Assembly (NCBI GenBank): GCA_963820555.1
Contig: CAWGAT010000047.1
Location: forward strand, 33,982-97,981
Reading direction: 5' to 3'
From: Candidatus Bathyarchaeota archaeon
GTDB lineage: Archaea > Thermoproteota > Bathyarchaeia > TCS64
Length of the DNA stretch: 64,000 bases
Part shown: positions 30,558 to 41,756 of the stretch, in pieces
Numbering within the stretch: position 1 is the stretch's first letter
Layout of the letters: each line of letters starts with the position of its first letter
Notes under the pieces: generated by a model
Told to the model about the DNA's origin: nothing
Databases searched by the model: none
What the model saw: only the letters and a program-made list of their open reading frames with translations
Program-made: the position numbers and the translations under genes

Positions 30558-32484
30558 TTGGATGCAGGGATGCAGAAGCCCCAAGGACTAAGCTACGAAG
30601 AGATCAGGAAAACGATCCTCGAGAAGATCCCAGCCGACGTCGGCATAACGCGGATCGAGTTCGAGGGTCCGAGACTTGCCATATACACCCAGAGGCCCGA
30701 AACCCTCGTCGAGCAGAGTCATATAGTCGGCGAGATAGCGGGCATCATAAAGAAAAGGATAGTCATTCGTAGCGATCCATCCGTCCGCGCCAATGAAGCT
30801 TGAGGCGGAGAGGATCGTCAAGGAGATACTCGCCGAGGCGGGGCTCGTCCAGAGCAACTTCGACCCGAGCCTCGGAGAGGTGACGCTTGAGGTTGAGAAG
30901 CCGGGCGTCGCCATTGGTAAGAACGGGCAGAACCTTCTTGAGATCGTGAAGAGGACGAGGTGGAGCCCCAACGTTGTCAGGTCTCCCCCGATCCCCAGCA
31001 TGACTATAAAGATGGTTAGGGGATACCTATACGGGAAGAGCAAGGAGCGTGAGAGGTTCCTCCGCGAGACTGGGGAGGCCATCTTCCGCCCCATGTATCA
31101 GCAGTCTGGCGACGTCAGGGTCACATTCCTCGGCGCCGCCAGGCAGGTGGGCAGGTCCGCCGTCCTCATCAGGACGAGGGAGAGCCGAATCCTCATGGAC
31201 TGTGGCATTAACCCGGGTACATCCAACCCCATTGGAGCCTACCCGAGAATAGACGCGGAGGAGTTTGACATCAGCAAGCTCGACGCCGTCGTCATCACCC
31301 ACGCTCATCTCGATCACTGCGGCTTCCTACCCTATCTCTACAAGTACGGTTACGAGGGTCCCATCTACTGCTCGGAGCCAACAGCGAGCCTTATGGTGCT
31401 TCTCCAAAGCGACTACCTCGACGTCACCGGAAAGGAAGGGCGCTTCCTCCCCTACAGCAACGAGGAAGTGAGGGAGGTCATAATGAGGACCATCCCCCTC
31501 GGCTACGGCGAGGTCACTGACATAAGCCCAGACATTCGTCTTACCCTCCACAACGCAGGTCACATTCTCGGTTCAGCCCAGGCACACCTCCACATAGGGA
31601 AGGGACTACACAACGTCGTCTACACCGGCGACTTCAAATACGGTCCAACCCAGCTCCTCCAGCCAGCCTCCATCCAGTTCCCAAGGGTCGAAACCCTCAT
31701 CATGGAGAGCACCTACGGCGGCATCGATAACGTGACGCCAGACCGTGAGGAGACCGAGGCGAACTTTGTCGAGATCGCCAATAAGACTCTCCAGAAGGGG
31801 AAGCTCCTCATCCCTGTGCCCGCCGTCGGGCGCGCGCAGGAGATCATGATGGTGATCAACAAGTACATGAAGGAGGGGAAGATGACGGAGGCCCCTGTCT
31901 ACATTGAGGGGATGATCAGCGAGGTCACCGGCATCCATACAGCCTACCCCCAGTACCTGAGCAATGACATAAGGGACCAGATACTACGCGATGGCATCAA
32001 CCCCTTCGAGAGCGACTACTTCACGGTTGTGAAACAGCAGGACAAGAGGGACGAGATCGTGAATGGAGGCCCGGCGATCATCATGGCCACCGCGGGCATG
32101 ATGGAGGGCGGCCCTGTGATTGACTACTTCAAGCGCCTCGCCCCCGACGAGAACAACGCCCTCTGCTTCGTCAGCTACCAAGTAGCAGGCACGATGGGTC
32201 AACGCATCCAGTCAGGGATGGGCAGCGCCCAGATGTACGGGCAGAACGGCAAGATGGAGATCATCAACGTCGCCATGAAGAACTACACAATAGAGGGCTT
32301 CAGCGGCCACAGCGACTGGCGCCAGCTCGTCAACTACGTCCGCCGCCTCCACCCGCAGCCGAAGCGCGTCTTCGTCATCCACGGTGAGGAGTCGAAGTGC
32401 GAGAACCTCTCACGCGTCGTCGCGAAACAGAGGGGCATATACGGGATCGCCCCAGAGAACCTCGACACCTACACCGTCGCGTAA
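30558..32484 (+). CDS. aCPSF1 (KH domains plus metallo-beta-lactamase/beta-CASP RNase), 1-nt frameshift near 30795
   Basis: The 81 aa N-terminal piece holds KH domain 1. The 563 aa piece holds VAIGKNGQNL (KH GXXG), HAHLDHCG (MBL motif II) and the beta-CASP motifs. Together ~644 aa, the typical aCPSF1 length. Confidence 0.8.
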
Positions 32485-32601
32485 GTGGGGATATTTATTC
32501 CACTCGCGGTCTATTTCTTGAATAAATGATGAAAGTTACTAGGTCTTTTTATCTCCGTTTGGACGGGTCGTCCCGCGTTAGTGCGGATTTATGGGTTTTT
32601 T

Positions 32602-32820
32602 TTATTCGACTTGGTTATAAGACCCACATTTGGGGCACTTGTAGATCGCTTTAGTCACCTGTCCCATGCGGACATTTCTCAGCAATACGTGATCACATTT
32701 ACCACATAGGTATACATACGGGCCTTCACCGATCACGAATGGCTCCAGATTCTTTGGTGTGGGCGAATTATTTTTGTTGAAGATTGTTACCCCGATGGGT
32801 TTCGTTGTGTACAGCTTCAT
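32602..32820 (-). CDS. small zinc-ribbon protein
   Basis: 72 aa with CGKC ... CPKCG, two CxxC pairs about 22 residues apart. Confidence 0.35.
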   Translation of the reverse strand: MKLYTTKPIGVTIFNKNNSPTPKNLEPFVIGEGPYVYLCGKCDHVLLRNVRMGQVTKAIYKCPKCGSYNQVE

Positions 32821-33020
32821 CTTGAATGTCTTTTGGTCGTTTATTTTGGCTCACCTCAAGGTCGTGCGCGCGTTACCTTGAATGTAGTAAGGGAATGGCA
32901 TTGTAATAAGTTGCACCTTTGCGCTTAGGTGGGTGTAGTCACAGCCTTCAAAAACCTTGGATCGATTACACCCAGTGAGGTCGCGTAGGCTTCTTAACCT
33001 CAGTGACGTAACTTGTCTCG

Positions 33021-33506
33021 ATGAGCGAATCTGCTCCAAAGGTCAAGAGGAGACGTGCCCTCAGAAGGCAGGACGCGAGGAGCGTCCTGGAGGGGGCGTC
33101 GGGTTACTTTAAAGGACAATCCTTCTCATTGGTCGAGGAGGCGGAGACAGAGGATGGCACTAAAGTCTACATCCTAGACGACGAGATATTGTTGTTTAGG
33201 TTTGAGGGGAGCCTCTACCCGACGCTGAGGTGCAAGTGCGTGGGCTCTCTCCCCGCCGTCATCGTCGACATGGGGGCTATACCTTTCGTCTGCAAGGGGG
33301 CCGACGTTATGGCGCCCGGCATAACCGAGATCAAGACTCCCTTCGAAGAGGGCGCCCTAGTGGTCGTACGTGACGTTAAACACGGGAAGGCGCTCGCCAT
33401 CGGTAAAGCGCTGAAGCCATCGGCGGCCATCATGGCCGAGAAGAAGGGTAAGGTCATACACAACATCCACTACGTCGGGGACAAGATTTGGGAGTCAAAG
33501 CCCTAG
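33021..33506 (+). CDS. PUA-domain RNA-binding protein
   Basis: 161 aa. The C-terminal AVIVDMGAIPFVCKGADVMAPGI ... GKALAIGKAL is a PUA domain. The basic N-terminus is KVKRRRALRR. Confidence 0.6.
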   Translation: MSESAPKVKRRRALRRQDARSVLEGASGYFKGQSFSLVEEAETEDGTKVYILDDEILLFRFEGSLYPTLRCKCVGSLPAVIVDMGAIPFVCKGADVMAPGITEIKTPFEEGALVVVRDVKHGKALAIGKALKPSAAIMAEKKGKVIHNIHYVGDKIWESKP

Positions 33507-33760
33507 GCGCCGCGTAATCCGGGCAGGATGAAGTATAACCCTATGGCGAAGGCAATTAGAACCATCACCGCGAACAGCATGGCGCCCGTGAACACGACCC
33601 ACCAGACCCCATACTTCCTCTTCCCCCTCTCGAAGCTCTCAAGGTACTCCCTGAAGTATCCCCTGATTAGGTTGAGGAGGCGTCCCGCCATGCTACCACG
33701 CGCATACGCCTCATGGGTGTAGACCGCATAAACTTTATCCGCCCTGCCCGTCTCTTTCAC
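33503..33760 (-). CDS. hypothetical small membrane protein
   Basis: 85 aa with one C-terminal TM helix (WWVVFTGAMLFAVMVLIAFAIGLYFIL). Confidence 0.3.
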   Translation of the reverse strand: MKETGRADKVYAVYTHEAYARGSMAGRLLNLIRGYFREYLESFERGKRKYGVWWVVFTGAMLFAVMVLIAFAIGLYFILPGLRGA

Positions 33761-33768
33761 AGGATTCG

Positions 33769-34929
33769 GTGAACGTTATGGGTAAGAGTATGCTCGACGG
33801 CGTACGCATCCTAGACTTCGGCCACGTCTACTTCGGCCCCTTCTCAACCATGATCCTAGCGGACATGGGCGCGGAGGTCCTCAAGGTTGAGCCACCTTGG
33901 GGTGAGATCAACAGGCTCGGCACAAACCTCTTCGGAGGCGCATCCAGCAGCTTCCACTACCTCAACAGGAACAAGAAGGGCCTCGCCTTCAACCTCAAAG
34001 ACCCCAAGGCGCTTGAGATTGTCAAAGAGCTGGCGAAAAAGAGTGACGTGATAGTCGAGAACTTCAAACGCGGCACCATGGACAAGCTCGGCCTAGGCTA
34101 CGAGCAGGTAAAGGCCGTGAAACCCGACATCATCTACGCTAGCCTCAGCGGCTTCGGCCTCGACGGCCCCTTCAGGGACCGCCCGAGCTTCGCCCCCATA
34201 GCCGAGAGCCAGAGCAGCTGGCTCCGCCTCTCAGGCGACAATGTCGACCCCAACGGTCCGCCGGTGGTCCCGGCGGAGTACCACGGCGACCTCGACCCCG
34301 CCCTCTACGCCACAATCGCCATCCTCGGCGCCCTAAGGCACCGCGATAGGACCGGCGAGGGCCAACTTATCGACGTCTCACAGCTCGACGTCATGATCGC
34401 CCAGTGTGGTGTTAGCATCGCGAGCTACAGCCTCAGCGGCAAGCTCCCGTGGGTTACGAGGCAGGCCCGGAAAGGCATCGGCGCCTGGGGCATCTTCAAG
34501 GCGAAGGACGGCAAATACATCTACGTAGCCGCTGACCAGAACATGGATGATAGGGTCATGAAGGCCATAGGCGTCGAGGAGATTGAGGAGGGCAGCGATA
34601 TCTTCACGAAGTGGGTCGAGGGCCAGATAGCCGCCGACGCCATTACGATACTCGCCGCTAACGCGGTTCCCTGCGCACCGGTGCACCACATCCCCGACAT
34701 GCTCGAAGACCCACAAGTGAAGGCGAGAAACAGCATCGTAACACTCGACCACAAGCTGGCGGGCAAGTTCGTCGTCCCACAGCACCCGGTCAAGTACAGC
34801 AAGACCCCCGCCACCATCAAGGCACCCGCCCCCATCCTCGGCGAGCACAACGACGAGGTCCTCAAGAGCCTCCTTGGCTACTCGCAGGAGAAGCTCGACG
34901 AGCTACGTGCCGCGGGCGTCATCGTCTAA
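33769..34929 (+). CDS. CoA-transferase family III (CaiB/BaiF-like)
   Basis: 386 aa. GVRILDFGHVYFGPFSTMILADMGAEVLKVEPP ... the catalytic Asp region of the family III fold. Confidence 0.75.
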   Translation: MNVMGKSMLDGVRILDFGHVYFGPFSTMILADMGAEVLKVEPPWGEINRLGTNLFGGASSSFHYLNRNKKGLAFNLKDPKALEIVKELAKKSDVIVENFKRGTMDKLGLGYEQVKAVKPDIIYASLSGFGLDGPFRDRPSFAPIAESQSSWLRLSGDNVDPNGPPVVPAEYHGDLDPALYATIAILGALRHRDRTGEGQLIDVSQLDVMIAQCGVSIASYSLSGKLPWVTRQARKGIGAWGIFKAKDGKYIYVAADQNMDDRVMKAIGVEEIEEGSDIFTKWVEGQIAADAITILAANAVPCAPVHHIPDMLEDPQVKARNSIVTLDHKLAGKFVVPQHPVKYSKTPATIKAPAPILGEHNDEVLKSLLGYSQEKLDELRAAGVIV

Positions 34930-35001
34930 ACCCTTTTTACGCCAATTTCCCCAACGGTGGGTCTTTAAATCACCGCTGGGGCTCTTCTCAGTTGAAGAGC
35001 A

Positions 35002-35838
35002 ATGAGGGTGGGCGTCGTCTCAAGGACAGACACGGATGCCGTGTTCCCTGTGACCCGCAAGGTCATAGAGCTTCTAGAATCCCAGAGAGTGGAAGTCCTT
35101 GTAGAGACTGAGACCGCAATGGCGCTCGAGATGAAGAACGAGACCATCGACCTAACCGACATGGAGGCGGACTTCGTGGTCGCCATCGGCGGCGACGGCA
35201 CGATCCTCCGCGTGGCAATGGGGCTGAAGGCCCCCGACACACCCCTCCTCGGCGTCAATATGGGCAGAAGGGGCTTCCTCTGCGAGGTCCTCAAGGAAGA
35301 GATAGAGCCGGCGATCGACAGGGTCATCGCGGGTGACTATACGATCGAGACCTGCGTTAAGCTGCGGAGCCGTTGCCTCGAAATGGAGGCGGACTTCCCT
35401 GACTCCCTAAACGAGGTTCTCGTCTCCTCCAGCCTCCCATCCAAAATGATCCTTTGCAGGTTACTAGTCAACGGGGAGCAGCTCACCGAGATACAGGCGG
35501 ACGGAATCCTCGTCTCGACGCCCACGGGGTCAACAGCTTATAATCTCTCCGCCGGTGGCTCTATACTCGCCCCTGGCGTCGATGCGATGATACTTACTGC
35601 AGTCAACTCCTATAGCTACTTCCGCAGCATAACCCTACCACTTAACTCAAAGGTGACCGTGGAGCTTCGAAAACCTAAGGCGGACGCCCTCGCTATCGTC
35701 GACGGGAAGGTATACACCGGTTTAAAGCCTCTCTCAACAGTCGAGATTGAGGTGTCAGCCAACAAGACGCGTTTCATAAGGTTCAAGCCGTTCTACGAGA
35801 GGCTCAGGAGCAGGCTCACCCACATCCAGGCGCAGTGA
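35002..35838 (+). CDS. ppnK: NAD+ kinase
   Basis: 278 aa with the GGDGT motif (VVAIGGDGTILRVAMG) and the NE/D short motif. Confidence 0.8.
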   Translation: MRVGVVSRTDTDAVFPVTRKVIELLESQRVEVLVETETAMALEMKNETIDLTDMEADFVVAIGGDGTILRVAMGLKAPDTPLLGVNMGRRGFLCEVLKEEIEPAIDRVIAGDYTIETCVKLRSRCLEMEADFPDSLNEVLVSSSLPSKMILCRLLVNGEQLTEIQADGILVSTPTGSTAYNLSAGGSILAPGVDAMILTAVNSYSYFRSITLPLNSKVTVELRKPKADALAIVDGKVYTGLKPLSTVEIEVSANKTRFIRFKPFYERLRSRLTHIQAQ

Positions 35839-35839
35839 G

Positions 35840-36349
35840 GTGGCTATCTTGAGACACGTCATCCTGGATACGTCCGCCTTTATCCAGGGGTACAACCTCT
35901 CCACTGATGAAGAGTACTACACAGTCCCAGAGGTGCTCGACGAGATCAGGGAGGATCTGGGGAAGATGAGATACGAGAGCGCGAGGGCCTCGGGGCGGCT
36001 GAAGGAGGTCAATCCGGATAAGAAGTGGTCGGGTGAGCTCGAGGCGAAGTCGAGGTCGGCGGGTGAGGCGCACAAGCTCTCCCCCACGGATAAGCAGCTG
36101 CTCTCACTCGGGCTCCAGCTGAAATCCGAGGGGAAAGAGCCCACCATCGTGTCCGACGACTACTCCGTTCAGAACATGGCGGCGCGGCTGGGATTCCGAT
36201 TCGTCTCCCAGGCCACAAAGGGGATAAAGAAGGTGTTTAACTGGGGAATCTACTGCCCCGGTTGCAGGAGGAGTTTCGACTCTCCGCAGGAGGACAATGT
36301 CTGCCCAATCTGCGGGACGGAACTGAAGAGGAAACCGAGAAGGGACTAG
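35840..36349 (+). CDS. nob1: Nob1-like endonuclease (PIN domain plus C-terminal zinc ribbon)
   Basis: 169 aa. PIN acidic residues (ILDTSAF ... VSDDYSVQN) and C-terminal CPGC ... CPICG. The archaeal Nob1 architecture. Confidence 0.7.
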   Translation: MAILRHVILDTSAFIQGYNLSTDEEYYTVPEVLDEIREDLGKMRYESARASGRLKEVNPDKKWSGELEAKSRSAGEAHKLSPTDKQLLSLGLQLKSEGKEPTIVSDDYSVQNMAARLGFRFVSQATKGIKKVFNWGIYCPGCRRSFDSPQEDNVCPICGTELKRKPRRD

Positions 36350-36630
36350 GGTATGCGGGGGACGAATCGCCCCGTGCCCTCTTTCGCGTGGACGACACCG
36401 TCCTCCTTCACGATCTCACCCCTTATCAGTGGCATGACGGGTGCTCCCTTCACAACCATTCCGTCGTATGGCGTCCACCCACAGGCCGTGATCTGATCGT
36501 CGTTCGTAATTTTCGTCGTTTTGTACATGTCGCAGATTACCATATCAGCGTCTGCTCCTGGCATCAGAGTGCCCTTCTTCGGGTATATCTCGTAAATTCG
36601 GGCCGGGTTCTCCGCCATGACCTCGGCCAC
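36346..36630 (-). pseudogene. C-terminal fragment (~95 aa) of a hydantoinase/dihydropyrimidinase-like cyclic amidohydrolase
   Basis: NPARIYEIYPKKGTLMPGADADMVICD ... GTGRFVPR matches only the extreme C-terminus of D-hydantoinase-type enzymes. No upstream coding continuation exists. Confidence 0.5.
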
Positions 36631-36757
36631 CCGCTCAAAGGGTCAGCCGGCCAGTAAGGAGCCTACGGGGCCCACCCAAGAGCTCCCGGGTTAAAACCGT
36701 CTAGTTGAAGAGTGCGCATGAATTGGGGATTGAGGATAAAAGACTGTCTTTTATATT

Positions 36758-36982
36758 CTATTTATGATCTTCTAAGTCCCTTATGGCTTCTCTGACTGCT
36801 AAATATATGATTGCTAGGCCAGCTGCGGCGATAAACATTGAATCTCCCAGGTTGGGCCACATTGGTAAAAAGTACCATTCATCGAAGTATATAGTGAACT
36901 TCAAGGCGAAGCCGATGAGTCCTGAACCGAGACTAGTTAAGGCAGCTAGTCTGAGGAAGGTTCTATTTTTCAAGATAGCCAC
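36758..36982 (-). CDS. hypothetical small 2-TM membrane protein
   Basis: 74 aa, two hydrophobic helices, AT-rich context (36660-37250). Confidence 0.3.
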   Translation of the reverse strand: MAILKNRTFLRLAALTSLGSGLIGFALKFTIYFDEWYFLPMWPNLGDSMFIAAAGLAIIYLAVREAIRDLEDHK

Positions 36983-37638
36983 CCTATGGTCTAGCTCCCT
37001 AGTTTCATAGTAGCTACTAATCTTGTTAATATCTTTTACTTCAAAAATCTACCGCCTCCCTGTCTTCGGCCTCACCCTCGCAGGGGTCTTGTGGATGACG
37101 AGCCTCTACCAACTTGAGGTCGTCGTGATTTGGATTTGCGATGGTCGGACAACCTTTGAGTTTCCAGCTACATCTGGACAACGAGCCTCTGTATGGCTCG
37201 CGATGTCTTCTATGACGTAAACACCATCGCCTTCATCGTCGCGATCCTAAGTGGCGCTCTCTTCAACGAGAGGCGTCGGCGACGTAAAGCAGGAGGCGTC
37301 TCAAGTGGTTGAGGTAGACGCCCGCCGCATCGCCTTCTGGACGGTCTTCTTACTTGGTCTCTTGACCGCTTTTTGGCAATATTTCGAGTTTGCTTATGCC
37401 CTCACGAAGGCGAGCCTCATCGCGAGCCCAGTTTGGAGCGGCACTCTCGGGGCGCCAGTGCCACTACCTCCCCTCCTCGACGGCTATTCCACCCTCAACG
37501 ATCCCGCGAGGCGTGACGATCCTCGCGTTCCTAACCACGAGATCAACCTTCAAACCAGACACTCTCTATACCCTCACCGAATCCGCATAAAACAGCCACC
37601 CCTAAACCGTTTAAACGCCGACTCAGAAGAATAGCCAG

Positions 37639-39212
37639 ATGTACGACCTCATAATCAAAGGCGGTAGGATAGTGGACGGCGCCGGCAACCCATGGTACCC
37701 CGGGGACGTCGCAGTGACCAAGGGCAGGATCATCGCCGTCGGGAGGGCCGAGGGGGAAGCCCGGGAGACGATAGACGCGTCCGGCCTCGTCGTCTCCCCC
37801 GGCTTCATAGACGCTCACAGCCACGGTGACCTAGTCCTGATCTCGGAGCCAGAAGCAAAGATTAAGATTATGCAGGGCATTACGACCGAGGTCGTGGGTC
37901 AGGACGGCCTCGGCGAGGCCCCCCTCACAGATGAGAACGTCGATATGTGGCGCAGGTACCTCTCAGGGCTGAACGGAAACCCGGACATAGGATGGGAATG
38001 GAGAAGCCTCGGCGACTACCTCACCCGACTTGAAAACGCGAGACCATCCGTCAACGTCGCCTCACTCGTCGGCCACGGAAACATTCGCCTAGCCGCCATG
38101 GGTATGGAGAACAGAAAGCCCACACCCTCAGAACTCGACGAGATGAAGAAGCTCCTCGACGAGTCACTCCGCGAGGGCGCCATTGGCCTCAGCACCGGCC
38201 TCATCTACCCCCCCTGCGTCTACTCCGACGCGTTCGAGTTGACCGAGCTCTGCAGAGTCGTCGCGGCCCACCGCGGCGTCTTCGTGGTCCACATGAGGAA
38301 CGAGGGGGACAAGCTCCTCGACTCGATAGACGAGGTGGTCAACGTTGGACGCGACTCGGGTGCCTCCATCCACATCAGCCACTTCAAGTCGAACGGCAGG
38401 GCGAACTGGGGCAGAGCACCGCAGGCAATCGCTAGGGTGGAAGAGGCGAGGATGAGGCGGCGTTGACGTGACCTTCGACCAGTATCCATATACTGCCGGC
38501 AGCACCTTCCTCGGAAGCCTTCTCCCCCCATGGGCCCACGAGGGCGGCCTCGATAAGCTGCTGACCCGACTCAGGGACAGAGCAGACGAGGGCTAAGCTC
38601 GCCTCTTACCTCAACCACGAGGGGGACGAGGGAAGTCCCAACGAGTGGGACCGGATACTCATCACAAACGTCAGGACTATCCGTAACAAGCGCTTCGAGG
38701 GAAGGTATGTCTCACAGATAGCGGAGGAGCTCGGGAAGGGACCCGCGGAGACCGTCCTCGACCTCGTCCTAGAGGAGGAGAACTCGGTGACAATGGCGAC
38801 CTTCACCATGGATGAGGAGGATGTTAGGACCATAATGAGAAGCCCCCTAGGCATGGTCTGCACCGACGGCATAGTTCTCGGCAAACCCCATCCTAGGGCC
38901 TACGGTAGCTTCCCACGCGTCGCCGGCCGCTATGTTAGAGAGGGCGTCATACGGCTAGATGATGCGATAAGGAAGATGACCAGTTACACAGCGCAGACCC
39001 ACGGCTTCACAGACCGTGGCATACTTCGACCAGGTCTAGCCGCAGATATCACAATCTTTAATCCCGATAAGATCGAGGATACAGCAACCTTCGAAAATCC
39101 CATCCAGTACCCGAGAGGTATAGAATACGTTATCGTGAACGGCGTCGTCACCGTGGAACATGGTAAACACAACGGCAGTCGGGCGGGTAAAGTCCTACGC
39201 CGTCCCAGTTAA
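37639..39212 (+). CDS. N-acyl-D-amino-acid deacylase (D-aminoacylase) family amidohydrolase, split in three by two frameshifts (~38462 and ~38595)
   Basis: Piece 1: MYDLIIKGGRIVDGAG ... GFIDAHSHGD ... VHMRNEG. The middle piece read from the gap is DVTFDQYPYTAGSTFLGSLLPPW. The C-terminal piece 38787..39212 has TDGIVLGKPHPRAYGSFPRV ... IEYVIVNGVVTVEHG. Confidence 0.75.
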
Positions 39213-39453
39213 TTTTACCCCAAATAGTGAGCCGGCCAGTTTATCGTGCTAATGATTAGGAATACATGAGTAGCTTGGACGTAGAAGGTGAGAACCTGCG
39301 ACCACGCAACATTTGCTTGTGTTCTTTGGAATGTATTTAGCTATTTTTCGCGTTTTTCCTTTTTACAGATTAAGTACTCGATTGCAGGTTCACATTCTGC
39401 CTCCGAGAAGATTTAAATCGCGCACGCTGTTGAGGCTTGAAGAGGCGACCGAG

Positions 39454-40185
39454 ATGGGGACCGCGATAAAGGTTAGCGACCTCCGGAAGAACTTTGGAGA
39501 CTTCGAAGCGTTGAAGGGGGTCACGTTCAACGTCGAGGAGAATGAGATATTCGGTCTAATTGGACCTAATGGTGCCGGTAAGACCACGACTCTCAGAATA
39601 CTCGGGACCCTGATCAACCCCTCTTCAGGGGTGGCTGAGGTCTTCGGGCACGAGGTGGTCAGGGACGCGAACAAGGTAAGGGAGATACTCAGTTATCTAC
39701 CCGAGGACGCAGGGGCCTATCAGTACCTCAACGGTGAGGAGTATCTACGGTTCATGGCGGGGTTCTACATACGAGACAAGGCGGCCCTCGAGGCGATGGT
39801 GTCCGCGGGGAAGGATATAAGCGGGCTTGGTGACCGCCTAAGAGACAGGGTCAACAGCTACAGCAGGGGGATGAAGAGGAGGCTCCTCATAGCGAGGGCG
39901 CTAATGATCAAGCCAAAACTCGCCATCCTCGACGAGCCCACCTCGGGACTAGACGTGATCCAGGCCTACCACGTCCGCGGCATGATAAAAGACTACGCGG
40001 AGAAGATGGGCGTAACCACCATCGTCTCGAGCCACAACATGCTCGAGGTGGAGTATCTCTGCCACAGGGTCGCGCTCATCAACGAGGGCGTCATCGTCGC
40101 GCAGGGAACACCCGAGGAGCTGAAGGCGAGGTATAACTCGGTCAATCTGGAGCAGGCTTTCATGGAGGCGACTCAGCTTGGGTAG
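39454..40185 (+). CDS. ABC transporter ATP-binding protein
   Basis: Walker A GPNGAGKTT, signature YSRGMKRRL, Walker B ILDEPTSGLD. Start at the internal Met 48 of the ORF-track product. Confidence 0.85.
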   Translation: MGTAIKVSDLRKNFGDFEALKGVTFNVEENEIFGLIGPNGAGKTTTLRILGTLINPSSGVAEVFGHEVVRDANKVREILSYLPEDAGAYQYLNGEEYLRFMAGFYIRDKAALEAMVSAGKDISGLGDRLRDRVNSYSRGMKRRLLIARALMIKPKLAILDEPTSGLDVIQAYHVRGMIKDYAEKMGVTTIVSSHNMLEVEYLCHRVALINEGVIVAQGTPEELKARYNSVNLEQAFMEATQLG

Positions 40186-41491
40186 CTTCACGAGCATAAT
40201 CCTGAAGGAGATCAAGGAGCTCATCAGGGACCCGAAGATACTGTTCGGTGTTGTGCTCCTTCCCCTACTCCTGTACCCACTCATGGGGCAGGGGATACAG
40301 ATCAGTCAGCAGGCCGTCGAGACGAGCATAAGGGGGGCTAAGTTTTCACTCTACAGCGACGACAGTGGGCCCATCGCCGACGCCATCATCAAGTATATCA
40401 CGACGAATAATACAGTGACGAGGATACAGGCCAGTAATCTCCCGGAAGCGTTGGTCAAGTTTAAGGACTCGGATTCTGTAGCCCTCGTCTACGTTCCAAG
40501 TGGATATAACTATAACATCACAAACGGCGTGAAGGGGAACGTGAAGATATACGGGAACCTTAAGAATCTTAACATTGCGGAGGCGAGCGGCGCCGAGGTG
40601 GCGGGCAGTCTCGTCAACGTGTATAATTACTACTACTCGCTTGCAATCATTAAGGGCTTAGCTACTACGGCGGGGGACAACAGCAGCCCGGTGGCTATCC
40701 ACGATCCCATCAGTCTCAATTACGCTTCAATAATAAAGGGGAACGTCATCGAAGTCTCCCCCAGCCAGATCACGGGTCTCATAATGAGCCAGAGTATCAT
40801 GCTCCCGATAATGGTGATGATGATGGTCATATTCGCCATCCAGATGGCCGCGACCAGCATCGCATTGGAGAAGGAGCAGAAGACGCTGGAGACCCTCATG
40901 ACGCTCCCCGTGGGTAGGCTCACGATCCTGGCCGGGAAGCTAACCGGCTCCATAGTAATCGCCATCGCTGGCTCGATCAGCTACCTGATAGGTTTCAGCT
41001 ACTACACGAGCTCCGCCTTCAGCTTCGCCTCAACAACCACGAGCGTAGATCTCACAGGTGCGGGGATAGGCATCCAGCCACTGGGCTACGCTCTACTCGG
41101 GATAGTCATGTTTGTGAGCCTCGTCTCGGCCCTCGCACTGGCGATAAGCCTCGCCGTCTTCACCGACAGTGTCAGGAGCGCCCAGAGCCTAACCGGTGTC
41201 CTCATAGTCCCGCTGATTATACCCGCCATCATACTGATGTTCAGCGACATTGAGATGCTACCAACAACCATACAGTGGATTCTGCTCGCCATACCATACA
41301 CACACACAATGCTGGCGACGAAGGCGGCCTTCCTCGGAGACTACTGGCTGATGGTGAGGAGCATAGCCTACATAAGCGTCTTCACGGTGGTGGTCCTCTG
41401 GGCCGCGGCGAGGATATTCTCGACCGAGAGGATAATCACTTCGCGCTTCACGAATTTCCGTTTCGGGAAGAGGAAGCAGCCAGTGGCCTAG
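40178..41491 (+). CDS. ABC-2 type transporter permease
   Basis: 437 aa. One N-terminal TM helix, a large extracytoplasmic domain, then 5 C-terminal TM helices. Its start overlaps the ATPase stop. Confidence 0.7.
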   Translation: MGSFTSIILKEIKELIRDPKILFGVVLLPLLLYPLMGQGIQISQQAVETSIRGAKFSLYSDDSGPIADAIIKYITTNNTVTRIQASNLPEALVKFKDSDSVALVYVPSGYNYNITNGVKGNVKIYGNLKNLNIAEASGAEVAGSLVNVYNYYYSLAIIKGLATTAGDNSSPVAIHDPISLNYASIIKGNVIEVSPSQITGLIMSQSIMLPIMVMMMVIFAIQMAATSIALEKEQKTLETLMTLPVGRLTILAGKLTGSIVIAIAGSISYLIGFSYYTSSAFSFASTTTSVDLTGAGIGIQPLGYALLGIVMFVSLVSALALAISLAVFTDSVRSAQSLTGVLIVPLIIPAIILMFSDIEMLPTTIQWILLAIPYTHTMLATKAAFLGDYWLMVRSIAYISVFTVVVLWAAARIFSTERIITSRFTNFRFGKRKQPVA

Positions 41492-41492
41492 G

Positions 41493-41714
41493 CTATTCCT
41501 CCACCAACTCCCAGTCCTCGCACTCCTTCTTCGCTATCGCGGACTCGAGCCACCCCTGCTTGGAGCAGTAGAGGAACTCGCTGAGGTGGTAGCGGGATCG
41601 GAGGAGGCTGTTGAGTATCTCCTTGTTCTCTTGGCCAAGAGAGAGGCGCGTCTCCGGGTCGATGACCTTCGCCCACTTGCATTCCCTGCAGGAGACCTTC
41701 AAACACCTCACCAC
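41493..41714 (-). CDS. hypothetical small Cys-containing protein
   Basis: 73 aa with CRECKW ... C ... C. Weak call. Overlaps the annotated 5' extension of the next ORF but not its likely true start. Confidence 0.25.
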   Translation of the reverse strand: MVRCLKVSCRECKWAKVIDPETRLSLGQENKEILNSLLRSRYHLSEFLYCSKQGWLESAIAKKECEDWELVEE

Positions 41715-41756
41715 AGAATCCTGGGTGATGGATGGGGAAAAGGGTTCCCGAGAGTC

